A stretch of 32,000 nucleotides of DNA from Methanobacteriota archaeon (GCA_002723045.1 PBNI01000030.1:1-32000), one strand, 5' to 3'; positions 15,241 through 24,400 are shown, counted from the first letter of the stretch. A program made the numbers and translations. Notes: generated by a model not told the origin, from the sequence alone.

Positions 15241-16278
15241 ATGGAAACGATATCAGAGAAACATATTGCAAACTCGAAATTTCAGATTTTAATGATTGCC
15301 GCACTATCCCTCGCCACACTCATTTTCGCACTACTGGCAATGGGGTGGGGGTCATCTTCAAACCTTGACATGACGGCAACAATGAGAATCCTCCTTGGTT
15401 TGGATGAAGCAGATGATTTACAGTCAGACATTCTTTGGAAACTAAGACTCCCAAGGATATTGATGGCAATTATCGCGGGAGTGGCTCTTGCTACTGCTGG
15501 AGCACTAATGCAAGGCTGCCTAGGAAACCCACTCGTCTCCCCTCTGACTCTTGGAGTGGCTTCTGGTGCTGCTTTAGGGGCCGCATTCGCCATTATTCTG
15601 GATTTTTCTGTCCTACCAGACTTGGCAATAGTGGCGAACTCCTTTCTTTTCTCATTACTTGTCGTCGGAATAATAATTCAACTAGGAAAAATGCGATCCA
15701 TTTCCGCTGAATCCTATATTTTAGTTGGTATTGCAATCACTTTCATTGCAGGTGCCATCGTTTCGACAATGCAGTACTTTGCCACAGATGCACAACTATC
15801 TCAATTGACACATTGGTCATTCGGAAGCCTATCAAGACCAACTCTTTCCAATGTAATTTGGATAGGGGCAGCAGTGGTATCTCTGTTGCCAATGGCAATG
15901 TTGTGGTCTTGGGATTTGAATGCGATGTCCTTGGGGGGGGATGACTTTGCCATCTCCACTGGAGTAGATCCCGAATCTACTAGGAAGAACATACTGATCC
16001 TCTCAGCCTTGATGACATCAATAGTGATCTCGTTTACTGGACTGATTGGATTTGTAGGACTAGCCGCGCCGCACATGAGTCGCCTGATCATTGGTAATGA
16101 CTACAGGAAATTGATACCATGCTCCGCTGTCTTCGGAGCTTTCCTGATGCTCTTTGCAGATACCGTCGGAAGAATTCTATTCGCACCAATTGTGATTCCC
16201 GTGGGAATAATGCTATCCATAATCGGTGGGCCACTTTTTATGTATCTTCTACTGAAGTATAGGGGGGCGGGGTTCTGA
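15241..16278 (+). CDS. FecCD-family ABC permease (HmuU/BtuC-like)
   Basis: LRLPRILMAIIAGVALATAGALMQGCLGNPLVSPLTLGVASGAALGAA is the family signature; multi-TM. Confidence 0.9.
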   Translation: METISEKHIANSKFQILMIAALSLATLIFALLAMGWGSSSNLDMTATMRILLGLDEADDLQSDILWKLRLPRILMAIIAGVALATAGALMQGCLGNPLVSPLTLGVASGAALGAAFAIILDFSVLPDLAIVANSFLFSLLVVGIIIQLGKMRSISAESYILVGIAITFIAGAIVSTMQYFATDAQLSQLTHWSFGSLSRPTLSNVIWIGAAVVSLLPMAMLWSWDLNAMSLGGDDFAISTGVDPESTRKNILILSALMTSIVISFTGLIGFVGLAAPHMSRLIIGNDYRKLIPCSAVFGAFLMLFADTVGRILFAPIVIPVGIMLSIIGGPLFMYLLLKYRGAGF

Positions 16279-17060
16279 CAAGTTTACTTCAGGTAAAGGA
16301 TCTAAGTTTTAGATGGGGCGATAGAGAAGTTCTAAGGAATATAAATTTCGAAGTTGAGCCAAATCAGACAATAGCCATCCTTGGAAAAAATGGAGTCGGG
16401 AAAACCACATTGATCAAATGCCTCAACCGAGTCCTAATTCCTCATTCAGGAACCGTCAAATTTTCTTCACGAGATATTTCAGAAATGAGTCTAATGGAAC
16501 TATCCAAAATGTCTTCTTATGTCCCACAATCAGTCAGAACCAGCTTTTCAATGGACGTTTTTGATGTTGTTCTTCTCGGCCGGAGGCCACATATCTCGTG
16601 GAGAGTTTCATCAGAGGATAGAGAAGCAGTTAGCCGCACTCTGAGTCTTCTGGGACTGGAGGAATTTGCCTTCAGAAAGTTCGACAAACTTTCTGGTGGA
16701 GAGAGGCAGAGAGTAATAGTTGCCAAGGCTGTAGCACAAGACCCCTCCCTCTTTCTTTTCGATGAACCGACCAGTGACCTAGATTTACGAAATCAGATTG
16801 AGGTAATGAAGAGAATAGTCGAGATTGTTTCAGATAAAAAATCTGAGAAATCTGCTATTGTTTCCATTCATGATATCAATATAGCAGCAAGATTCTCTGA
16901 AAGAATTATCCTATTGCACGAAGGAGAAGTAAAGGCAGATGGTTCTCCATCAGACGTCCTAAACGAAGACAATATTGCAGAAGTATTCGGAGTAACTTGC
17001 GAAATCGTAGACCAAACAGATGACTCGCCAATGAGGGTCTTGATCAAAGATGAGGTGTAG
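16275..17060 (+). CDS. ABC ATP-binding protein (FecE/HmuV-like) with a non-canonical or disrupted start
   Basis: The frame is open from 16263 and encodes ..LLQVKDLSFRWGDREVLRNINFEVEPNQTIAILGKNGVGKTTL. The first in-frame ATG/GTG/TTG is TTG 16410, after Walker A. CTG 16275 overlaps the permease TGA (cTGA). Signature LSGGERQR, Walker B LFLFDEP, H-loop SIHD. Confidence 0.8.
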   Translation: MTSLLQVKDLSFRWGDREVLRNINFEVEPNQTIAILGKNGVGKTTLIKCLNRVLIPHSGTVKFSSRDISEMSLMELSKMSSYVPQSVRTSFSMDVFDVVLLGRRPHISWRVSSEDREAVSRTLSLLGLEEFAFRKFDKLSGGERQRVIVAKAVAQDPSLFLFDEPTSDLDLRNQIEVMKRIVEIVSDKKSEKSAIVSIHDINIAARFSERIILLHEGEVKADGSPSDVLNEDNIAEVFGVTCEIVDQTDDSPMRVLIKDEV

Positions 17061-17115
17061 TAGAAGGATATTATGAAAAATTGGCACATTGGTCCTAGCA
17101 GAAATAGAATAGAAA

Positions 17116-17595
17116 ATGGAGAAGAAAAGAGGCAATAAAATGAGAGATAGAAACTTGCTAGTAATTTTTGGAACAGAGACTGGAAACGCTGAGGAGTTGG
17201 CCGAAGACGCGGCCATTATGGCAGCAAAGCATGATCTTGAAGCCAGCGTAATGGATATGGAGGACATAACTCCAGATGATATCTCAGGTTCGAAGAGATT
17301 GATTGTTGTATGCAGCACTTGGGGTGAAGGGGAGCAACCCGTTAACGCCCAAGATTTGTACGATTCAGTCTCCGAATCTGACGACACTGCCATGGAAGGA
17401 GTTAATTTTGGAGTCCTAGCCCTCGGAGACACGGCATTCGAGTTCTTTTGCGAGTCGGGAAAGGAATGGGATTCAATACTCGAAGAGAAAGGCGGAACGC
17501 GGATCAAGGAGAGAATTGACTGTGATACTGACTATGATGACTATGCAGAAGAATGGATACAAGAAACTCTCCAAATATTGAAGGAAATCGAATAG
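17116..17595 (+). CDS. Flavodoxin
   Basis: LLVIFGTETGNAEELAED (FMN phosphate loop), VVCSTWGEGEQP, GVLALGDTAFEFFCESGK. Alternative start ATG 17140. Confidence 0.8.
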   Translation: MEKKRGNKMRDRNLLVIFGTETGNAEELAEDAAIMAAKHDLEASVMDMEDITPDDISGSKRLIVVCSTWGEGEQPVNAQDLYDSVSESDDTAMEGVNFGVLALGDTAFEFFCESGKEWDSILEEKGGTRIKERIDCDTDYDDYAEEWIQETLQILKEIE

Positions 17596-17607
17596 GAGAT
17601 ATGGAAA

Positions 17608-18444
17608 ATGAGCGAGAAAGAAAATGGCGGATCAAGTATACCCAGACATGCACCTCCAAAGGGAGCCAGAACACAAGAACAAGAACTCCTCTATGACCCA
17701 AATATTCCGACTCCCACTCACTCAGAGTTGGCGAGAACAATGGTTAGCAAGATTGGCACAGGCACCTTGTGCACAATGTCTACTGAGCCAGATGGGTATC
17801 CCTATGGTTCGTTCGTCACCTTTGCAATCCTTGAAGGGAACCCAATCTTCCTGATTAGCTCTCTAGCTGAGCACACCAAGAACCTCACTGCCTCTTCCAA
17901 GTCCTCGCTACTAGTCGCGGAAGCGGGTGAAGGAAACCCCCTTGCTCTGGGTAGGGTAACACTCATTGGAGACTGCTCAAGACTGTCCGACGGAGAGGTT
18001 GACTCAGCTAGGATTGAATTCCTGGAAAAGCATGAAAGTGCCTCATTCTACGTAGATTTCAAAGATTTTCATTTTTACAGATTGCAAGTCTCCTCCGTTA
18101 GGTACATTGGTGGTTTTGGCAGAATGTCATGGGTCGACGAGCAGAGTTGGTTTGAAGCAGAGTCTGACCCCCTCTCTCCTTTCTCGAATGACATTATTGA
18201 ACATATGAACGAAGATCACAGAGATGCAATGATGATTTGCTGCCAGAATCTCAGTAAAGCAAAAGATGCCTCAGATGCAGTAATGACTGGTATTGACAGA
18301 TACGGGTTTGAGATGTCTGCAATTACTTCTGACGGCCCAAGGCCAATCAGGCTAGCATTCAGAAACGAGGCAACGAATTCCGAGGAAGCAAGGTCAGAGA
18401 TAGTCTCATTGGTTAAGGATGCTAGAAAAATTTCAGAGACATAG
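17608..18444 (+). CDS. HugZ/HOZ-like protein: pyridoxamine-5'-phosphate-oxidase-like split barrel plus a DUF2470-like C-terminal domain (candidate haem-degrading or haem-binding)
   Basis: ARTMVSKIGTGTLCTMSTEPDGYPYGSFVTFAILEGNPIFLISSLAEHTKNL (split-barrel N-terminal part). IIEHMNEDHRDAMMICCQ...MTGIDRYGFEM (DUF2470-like). GGAG lies upstream of the ATG. Confidence 0.55.
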   Translation: MSEKENGGSSIPRHAPPKGARTQEQELLYDPNIPTPTHSELARTMVSKIGTGTLCTMSTEPDGYPYGSFVTFAILEGNPIFLISSLAEHTKNLTASSKSSLLVAEAGEGNPLALGRVTLIGDCSRLSDGEVDSARIEFLEKHESASFYVDFKDFHFYRLQVSSVRYIGGFGRMSWVDEQSWFEAESDPLSPFSNDIIEHMNEDHRDAMMICCQNLSKAKDASDAVMTGIDRYGFEMSAITSDGPRPIRLAFRNEATNSEEARSEIVSLVKDARKISET

Positions 18445-18459
18445 AATTCTGCTAAACTC

Positions 18460-20244
18460 CTAAGGCACCAAAAGCACGTTCTCATAAGACCTATCGACTA
18501 GAGGAACTATGAGTTCTGAGAGCGATGTTAGGACGTGGACGGTGCAGGCATTTCCACAGGCCGGAGCTAGGTAGTCCTCACCAGAATCAGTAAGAATAAA
18601 CTTGAGCCCATCTCCAGGACTTACAATAGCATCAATCGCTTGGAATTCCATCATCATAGTGATTTCCTGACCAGGAACAACAGTTTGAGGTTCCGAGCCT
18701 CCCTCGTGGTACCGAACATCCATAGTTGCGTGACCCAGTCTTACGCCCGTTCGTAGGTTTTGCATTTCGATAAAAACCTGCCCTCCATCGAACGAAGGCA
18801 CCGCTGAAAGATGCAACGAGACCAAACCTGAAATGTGCATTCGAAAATCCGGATTTATTTCTGGGCACTCCACTGTAATGCTTTGTCCACCGCCTACCAC
18901 GGGTATTCCTCCCCCGATCACAGAAATTCCACCAACGAAAGCACCATCGTTTCCACAGTCTCCCATGTCCACAAAATAATCCTCGGAGTCTCTTGGGGGC
19001 CAACTTTGCTCTATTCGCCACTCCCCATCGTTCCTTTGAATCTGTGCGACCAAATCCGGCTTGGGCCCCCTTTCCTGTAAATAGTACTCGAACCACTCAA
19101 ACAAATCCTGAGCCCAATCCCATCTAGTCATATTAGCCAGAGCCTCCATCCCATAACCACTATCGCTCTCTTCGTGTTTTGACCACTGGTCAGGGTAGTC
19201 GTGCCCCCATTGCCCTAGCATCCCCCTTACCTCAAAACCAGCATCAACATATTCGGAATACCAATTGGTTCCAGGAGGGCCTCCAAAGACCTGATGAGGG
19301 TCTACGTTCCAATCCTGCATCCCTTGGACCCAGTAAATACTGCCATTCCAATTCATGAATGCCTTGTCTATGTGGCTCCTCTCTTCGTAGTAGTTTTCCA
19401 TATAGGGATCCATCTCTCCACCGATATATGTCACAGGACCAGCAAACAGACCTTCTGCAATGTCCGGACAAACGTTGTCAAAGTCATCAGAATCATAGTC
19501 AACGGTGCTGGAGAAGTAATTCATGTGCATAATCTGTGATCTCGCCTCTGCGCTTCCGTTCTTGTACAATAGTGGATGTAGGGCTGTAGTCCCCGATATT
19601 GGCACTATAGTCTTCAGATGTTCGCTCCCCATTGCCGCAGCTTCCCATTGAGTCGCACCTTCGTAGGATTTCCCATAGAGTCCGACATTCCCATTGCTCC
19701 AATCCCGTGTTCCTAACCACTCTACCGCAGCATGAATTCCCAGACCTTCTCCGTTACCCCTGTAGTCGAAGCACCCGCTGCTCTCTTCAGTACCAAACAC
19801 CGCTACTTGGGCGAATGCATAACCATGGGGAACAAAGTTCTCGAAGATGAATTCTCCTCTACCAGCACTGACAATACTGGTGGGAGCCGACTCGTCTCCG
19901 GGTGTTCCGTAGGAGAAATAAGGAGAAATAACAGCAATTACAGGAACTTTCTCGCCTTCTTCAGTGTTGCTTGGCAACCAGTATGATAGATGAACTTCAG
20001 CCGAACTGGGACCAGTCTCCCAGACCGAAGATGTATCTACTTCTATCAACGCCTCCTGGACATCTAGGGAGTGGAATGGCCCAGGTTCCAGAACCTTGCT
20101 GAAAGATCCGCTAGTGTCCCAACTAATCTCATGCCTATCCCAAATGTCTGGGTAATGATCATCAGTTTTCACTTCTGAACCTAAGCATCCAGAAAATACT
20201 CCACTAAGTAGCAGTGCGACTACTGCTACTGAATGCGCTCTCAT
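18460..20244 (-). CDS. CocE/NonD / X-Pro dipeptidyl-peptidase (S15) family hydrolase, lipoprotein-like signal
   Basis: Signal LLLSGVFSGC. NVGLYGKSYEGATQWEAA (GxSYxG nucleophile elbow); GYAFAQVAVFGTEESSGCFDYRG. Confidence 0.75.
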   Translation of the reverse strand: MRAHSVAVVALLLSGVFSGCLGSEVKTDDHYPDIWDRHEISWDTSGSFSKVLEPGPFHSLDVQEALIEVDTSSVWETGPSSAEVHLSYWLPSNTEEGEKVPVIAVISPYFSYGTPGDESAPTSIVSAGRGEFIFENFVPHGYAFAQVAVFGTEESSGCFDYRGNGEGLGIHAAVEWLGTRDWSNGNVGLYGKSYEGATQWEAAAMGSEHLKTIVPISGTTALHPLLYKNGSAEARSQIMHMNYFSSTVDYDSDDFDNVCPDIAEGLFAGPVTYIGGEMDPYMENYYEERSHIDKAFMNWNGSIYWVQGMQDWNVDPHQVFGGPPGTNWYSEYVDAGFEVRGMLGQWGHDYPDQWSKHEESDSGYGMEALANMTRWDWAQDLFEWFEYYLQERGPKPDLVAQIQRNDGEWRIEQSWPPRDSEDYFVDMGDCGNDGAFVGGISVIGGGIPVVGGGQSITVECPEINPDFRMHISGLVSLHLSAVPSFDGGQVFIEMQNLRTGVRLGHATMDVRYHEGGSEPQTVVPGQEITMMMEFQAIDAIVSPGDGLKFILTDSGEDYLAPACGNACTVHVLTSLSELIVPLVDRSYENVLLVP

Positions 20245-20284
20245 GGTACCTCCACTAATCCATAGGGCAAATAATTGGCGTTGC

Positions 20285-21307
20285 TCACTTCACTTCGTAT
20301 GCCCCGGCCATCTTTCTGACCGCTTCCTCTACCTCGATGTCCCCATCGAGGAGGCTCCCCAGTGTGCTCAGGAATGGAGTGGGACGGCCCATTCTTTCAG
20401 ATCTGTTCAGAAACATTCTGGTCGCTCTAACACCCTCTGCAACCATGTGCATCTCCTCGAGGGACTCCTCCAGGCTCTTCCCCGAACCGAGCTTCTCACC
20501 TAGAGTCCGGTTCCTGCTCCGGGGGCTGGTTGCCGTGACGTACAGGTCCCCTATCCCAGCCGGTCCGAATGCTGTCTTCGGGTCGGCCCCCATCTTCTCG
20601 AGCAGCCCGATCCCCTCGCTGTACCCGGAGAGGACCAGGGCCGCCTTGAGGTTGTCACCGCCTATTGTGTCCTTGAGTCCGTCTACGAGCCCGCATGCCA
20701 GTGCTACGCAGTTCTTGTACGCCCCCCACAGCTCCGCTCCATTGGGGTCCTCCGCGGGCGTAAGGATCAGGGAGTCTGTCGAGAGGCGTTCTGCGACCCT
20801 CTCCGCAATTCGGATGTCGTGGCAGGCAACAAGAGCGTTCGTGATTACGCCACGAGCGACTTCGGGGGCTATGGTCGGGCCAGTCATAACCACTACTTGG
20901 TTGGACAATCCTGCGTCAGAGAGCCTCCTCTCGATCGCATCCGAGATCATCCCGGACCCGCCTTCGTCCGATGGTGCTAGGCCCTTCGCCAGATCGACTA
21001 GCAGATGGGATGGCCTGAGGCTTGGTATGAGCATGTCAACAACCTCCAGTATGACCGAGCTTGGGAGGGCCAGAACCAGAATCTCGCAACTCTCGGTGAC
21101 ATCCGATATCTCCATCGTGCAATCCATCTCTGGGATCTGGTGTCCCGGCAGGTACTTCTTGTTCTCGTGGACCGTCATCATCGACTCGTACACATCCTGC
21201 TCCACCGTCCAGCCCAGGACGTTGTGCCCGTCGTTGCACCACACTAGTGCGAGGGCCGTTCCCCAGTTGCCAAGCCCGAGAACCCCTATTCGTGCCATTT
21301 TAGCCAT
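20285..21307 (-). CDS. gpsA: NAD(P)H-dependent glycerol-3-phosphate dehydrogenase
   Basis: IGVLGLGNWGTALA (Rossmann fold), MTGPTIAPEVARGVIT, GAYKNCVALACGLVDGL, GIGDLYVTATSPRSRNRTLGEKLGSG and VAEGVRAT all parallel E. coli GpsA as I recall it. Confidence 0.9.
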   Translation of the reverse strand: MAKMARIGVLGLGNWGTALALVWCNDGHNVLGWTVEQDVYESMMTVHENKKYLPGHQIPEMDCTMEISDVTESCEILVLALPSSVILEVVDMLIPSLRPSHLLVDLAKGLAPSDEGGSGMISDAIERRLSDAGLSNQVVVMTGPTIAPEVARGVITNALVACHDIRIAERVAERLSTDSLILTPAEDPNGAELWGAYKNCVALACGLVDGLKDTIGGDNLKAALVLSGYSEGIGLLEKMGADPKTAFGPAGIGDLYVTATSPRSRNRTLGEKLGSGKSLEESLEEMHMVAEGVRATRMFLNRSERMGRPTPFLSTLGSLLDGDIEVEEAVRKMAGAYEVK

Positions 21308-21399
21308 CTGCGCGGCGCATAGACCATGTTATGACCCTATGGGGGCCTTTGACACGGATGCGTTGACTTCTTGGTGGGTAATTATTCGCACGGGGCATA

Positions 21400-21484
21400 G
21401 CAGGGGTACCCGAGTGGTCAAAGGGGCTGGGTTTAGGTCCCAGTGCGTAGTGCTTCGCAGGTTCAAATCCTGCCCCCTGCACCA
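21400..21484 (+). tRNA. tRNA-Leu (anticodon UAG), class II, CCA encoded
   Basis: Acceptor GCAGGGG / CCCCTGC. Anticodon stem CTGGG / CCCAG with loop TTTAGGT (TAG at 21434-21436). 13-nt variable arm. T arm GCAGG-TTCAAAT-CCTGC. Discriminator A plus CCA. Confidence 0.9.
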
Positions 21485-24400
21485 TCACTTGATCCTGATC
21501 TTCTTCGAGCGGATGCTGGATATCCCCCGGCTCTTCCAGCCAACCACCCTGTAGCCCATTATGCCGATGAAGGATATCGAGATGGCTATGATTGCCCAGT
21601 TCTCGGTGGTGAAGGGCCTGAATGGGTCTCTCGACCATTGCTCGTCTCCGAGGACCCCGTCCTCAAGGTCAGGGATGCCATCGTTGTCGTCGTCGTCGTC
21701 CAACAGGTCTGGAATGTCGTCACCGTCGAAGTCAGGTGCCTCCGAGCCATCGAAGCCACCGCCGTCGGAGTCAACCTCGTCCACGACTATATCGTCTCCC
21801 AGCAGGGCCTGAATCGGGCACCCAAGATCGTTTCCTGGAATGGCTAGGAGGTTGAGGTAGTCCTCGGTGCTGGGGCCGATGCCAGTCAATAGTGGGCATT
21901 CGTCGGCGTTATTCCCAACTCCATCGCGATCGCTGTCCATCCACTCTGTCGGGTCGTCGGGGAAGGCATCGGAGTTCGGCCCTTGGTCCGCATGTCCGTC
22001 ACCGTCCGAGTCGGACCACCTCCAGTCATCTAGCGGGAACGCATCGGTGCCGTCCGCACCATCGCTGTTCATGGTGCAAGGAACCGGATTTAGCCAGCCA
22101 TCGCCGTCACAGTCCGTGTCTACGTTGTTCCCTATGCTGTCCCCGTCGGTGTCATCCGTCTCGTTTGCATCGAATGGGAAGGCATCCCCCTTGGCGGAGG
22201 CGAAGCAGTCCGGGATGCTGTCCCCGTCCTGGCTCGGGCCGCTGTTCGATGGGGGGACAAGGTCAGGTCTCCAGTATGTCGTGTCATCGCATCTGCCGTC
22301 GTTGTCGTCATCCGCATCGGAATTGTCTCCGATACCATCGCCATCGGCATCCGACCACTCGTTGCCGTCGTTGGGGAACACGTCGAAGATGTCCCTTATT
22401 CCGTCCCCGTCGTCGTCTTGGTCCGCGTTGTCGCCGATCCCATCGCCGTCTTTGTCCTCCCACTCGCTCTGGTCCGAGGGGAACGGGTCATCCGTGTCGT
22501 TGACGCCGTCGTTGTCGTCGTCCACGTCGATGCTGTCTGGTATCCTGTCTCCATCCGAGTCGGCGGAGACGTCGGGATCCAACCAGTCGTAGTCCTCGTT
22601 GTTCGGGACGCCGTCGTTGTCTGCATCGGTATCGAACTGGTCCGGGATGCCATCCCCATCGAAGTCAGAGAAGCACAAGTCGAAGAATGTGGAGGCTTCC
22701 TCCAATGTCGATTGGCCGCTCGGGCAAGGTGTCTGGGAAGTGGATTGTGCCTCCGGAACGTAGTAGCCCCTGGATGCTGCTGTGCATGCGGATTGCCCCT
22801 TCAGGCTGGCGTAGTAACCGGCAACACAACCAGTCTGGGTGGTCTGACCAGACTGTGGGACCATGAAGCCCCTGTCCGCTAGAATGCAAGTCGTTTGGGA
22901 TGGGTCTGGCTGATATGATCCCGGTGCACATGGCAACTGCTCCTTGGACCCATGACCCAGGTCGACAGAAGTGGGGCTGTCTCTGTTGGAAGAGGTCCCG
23001 TCACCAATCTGGCCGGCTTCGTTGGCCCCCCAGCAATGCAGGCTAGCATCAACTAGGATGACGCAGGAATGCCTCTGGCCCACTGAGACCGATGTCGCGT
23101 TCTCGCTCAGGCTGACTATTGTCGGTACCGTTCTGCCAATCTGCGATCCATCGCCTAGTTGACCGTTGCTGTTGTCCCCCCAGCATGCGACCTCTCCCGA
23201 GTCGAAAAGGGCGCAGCTGTGGAATAGTCCAACTTGGACGGATGAAAGCAATTGGTTGGTGCTCAGCGGTACTGCCATAGGTGAGTTTGAGTTTCCATTG
23301 CCGCCGTTCCCTAATTGCCCGTATGCGTTGTAGCCCCAGCAGAACATGGACCCATCATTCATGCCAAGACAGGTATGCATTGACCCCGCATCGAGGGAAA
23401 CCGCGCTACTGTTGCTTGGGATTGAGATTTCTACTGGAGTAGACCTATCGGAGTTAGTCCCGTCCCCAAGCTGACCGTTCCAGTTGTCCCCCCAGCACAT
23501 CACTGTTCTGTCTGACATTATTGCACAGGTGTGGTATGACCCCGTGGAGACCAATATCGCTGATTCTCCACCCAAGTCCGAGAGAACTGGGCTTGACCTA
23601 TCTTCTGTGGTCCCGTCCCCCAGCTGCCCGTTGCTGTTCTGGCCCCAGCACTTGACGCTGTGATCGTTCAGGACCGCGCAGGTGTGGGATTCCCCGGACG
23701 AGATTCCGAGCGCACTCTTCCCATGGCCCAGATCGACTGCCACCGGGGATGTCCTCTCTATTTCGGTCCCATCCCCCAGCTGCCCGAACTCATTGGAGCC
23801 CCAGCAGCGGACTGAACCGTCATCGAACACCGAGCACGTGTGGTAAGAGCCTGCTGAGACCCCTATCGCTTTCCTGCCTAGTGGCATGGAAGACTTCTCA
23901 GGCTCTAGGCTCGGTGCCCTGGAGCCATCACCCAGCTGACCGTTGCCGTTGTCCCCCCAGCAGCTGACCGAGCCGTCGTCCAGGATCGCACAGGAATGCG
24001 ATGCCCCAGATGTCATCTGTAGGAGGACTGGTACGCTGTGACCAGATTCCGCCCATTTGCAGGCATCAACTGAGCTCTGGCCAAACAGGTCATTGTACTG
24101 GCCAGCAGGACAGGGCGTTCCCTCGGCGGCTCCCGATGCCGGAACGTAGTATCCCGGTTCCGCGTCATCGCAAGAGGTCTGGCCAGAGAGCCTCTGGAAT
24201 TCCCCAACGTCACATTCGACTTCTGAGCTCTGCCCGTACAAGACAACGTAGTGCCCTGGGTTCGCTGGAGTCATCACGGTGTTCCCTGTGCCGCTAACGA
24301 AGTATCCTGGTGTGGCCTGTCTGCAGGTGAACCTGCCATAGTAACCAGAAGAGCAGTCAGCCGCTACGGTGGGATTGCTGTCATCGCTATCCTCGGTGGA

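Noticed and set aside
18632-19096. 154-aa minus-strand ORF inside the S15 peptidase gene
   Set aside because: It is an alternative frame of a well-supported gene, and its Arg/Gly/Trp-rich translation has no motif.
21379-21386. TAATTATT as a TATA box for the tRNA-Leu gene
   Set aside because: Its centre is only about 18 nt upstream of the mature 5' end, which is closer than the usual archaeal TATA-to-start spacing. It may be relevant if a leader is absent, but I cannot support it.
21308-21487. tRNA-linked integrated element or genomic island
   Set aside because: I found no integrase, transposase or direct repeat of the tRNA 3' end anywhere in the window. Only the adjacency and the compositional contrast support the idea.
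20337-21554. Long 405-aa ORF on the + strand
   Set aside because: It lies antisense to a clearly recognisable gpsA, runs straight through the tRNA-Leu gene, and translates to low-complexity Ser/Pro/Arg-rich sequence. This is typical of a spurious antisense frame in GC-rich coding DNA.
21867-22592. 241-aa and 203-aa + strand ORFs, and similar ORFs at 22418-22882
   Set aside because: They are antisense or out of frame to the thrombospondin type 3 repeat region of the giant gene. The Ser/Pro or Arg/Cys-rich translations are artefacts of the GAC/GAT/GGC-rich repeat on the other strand.
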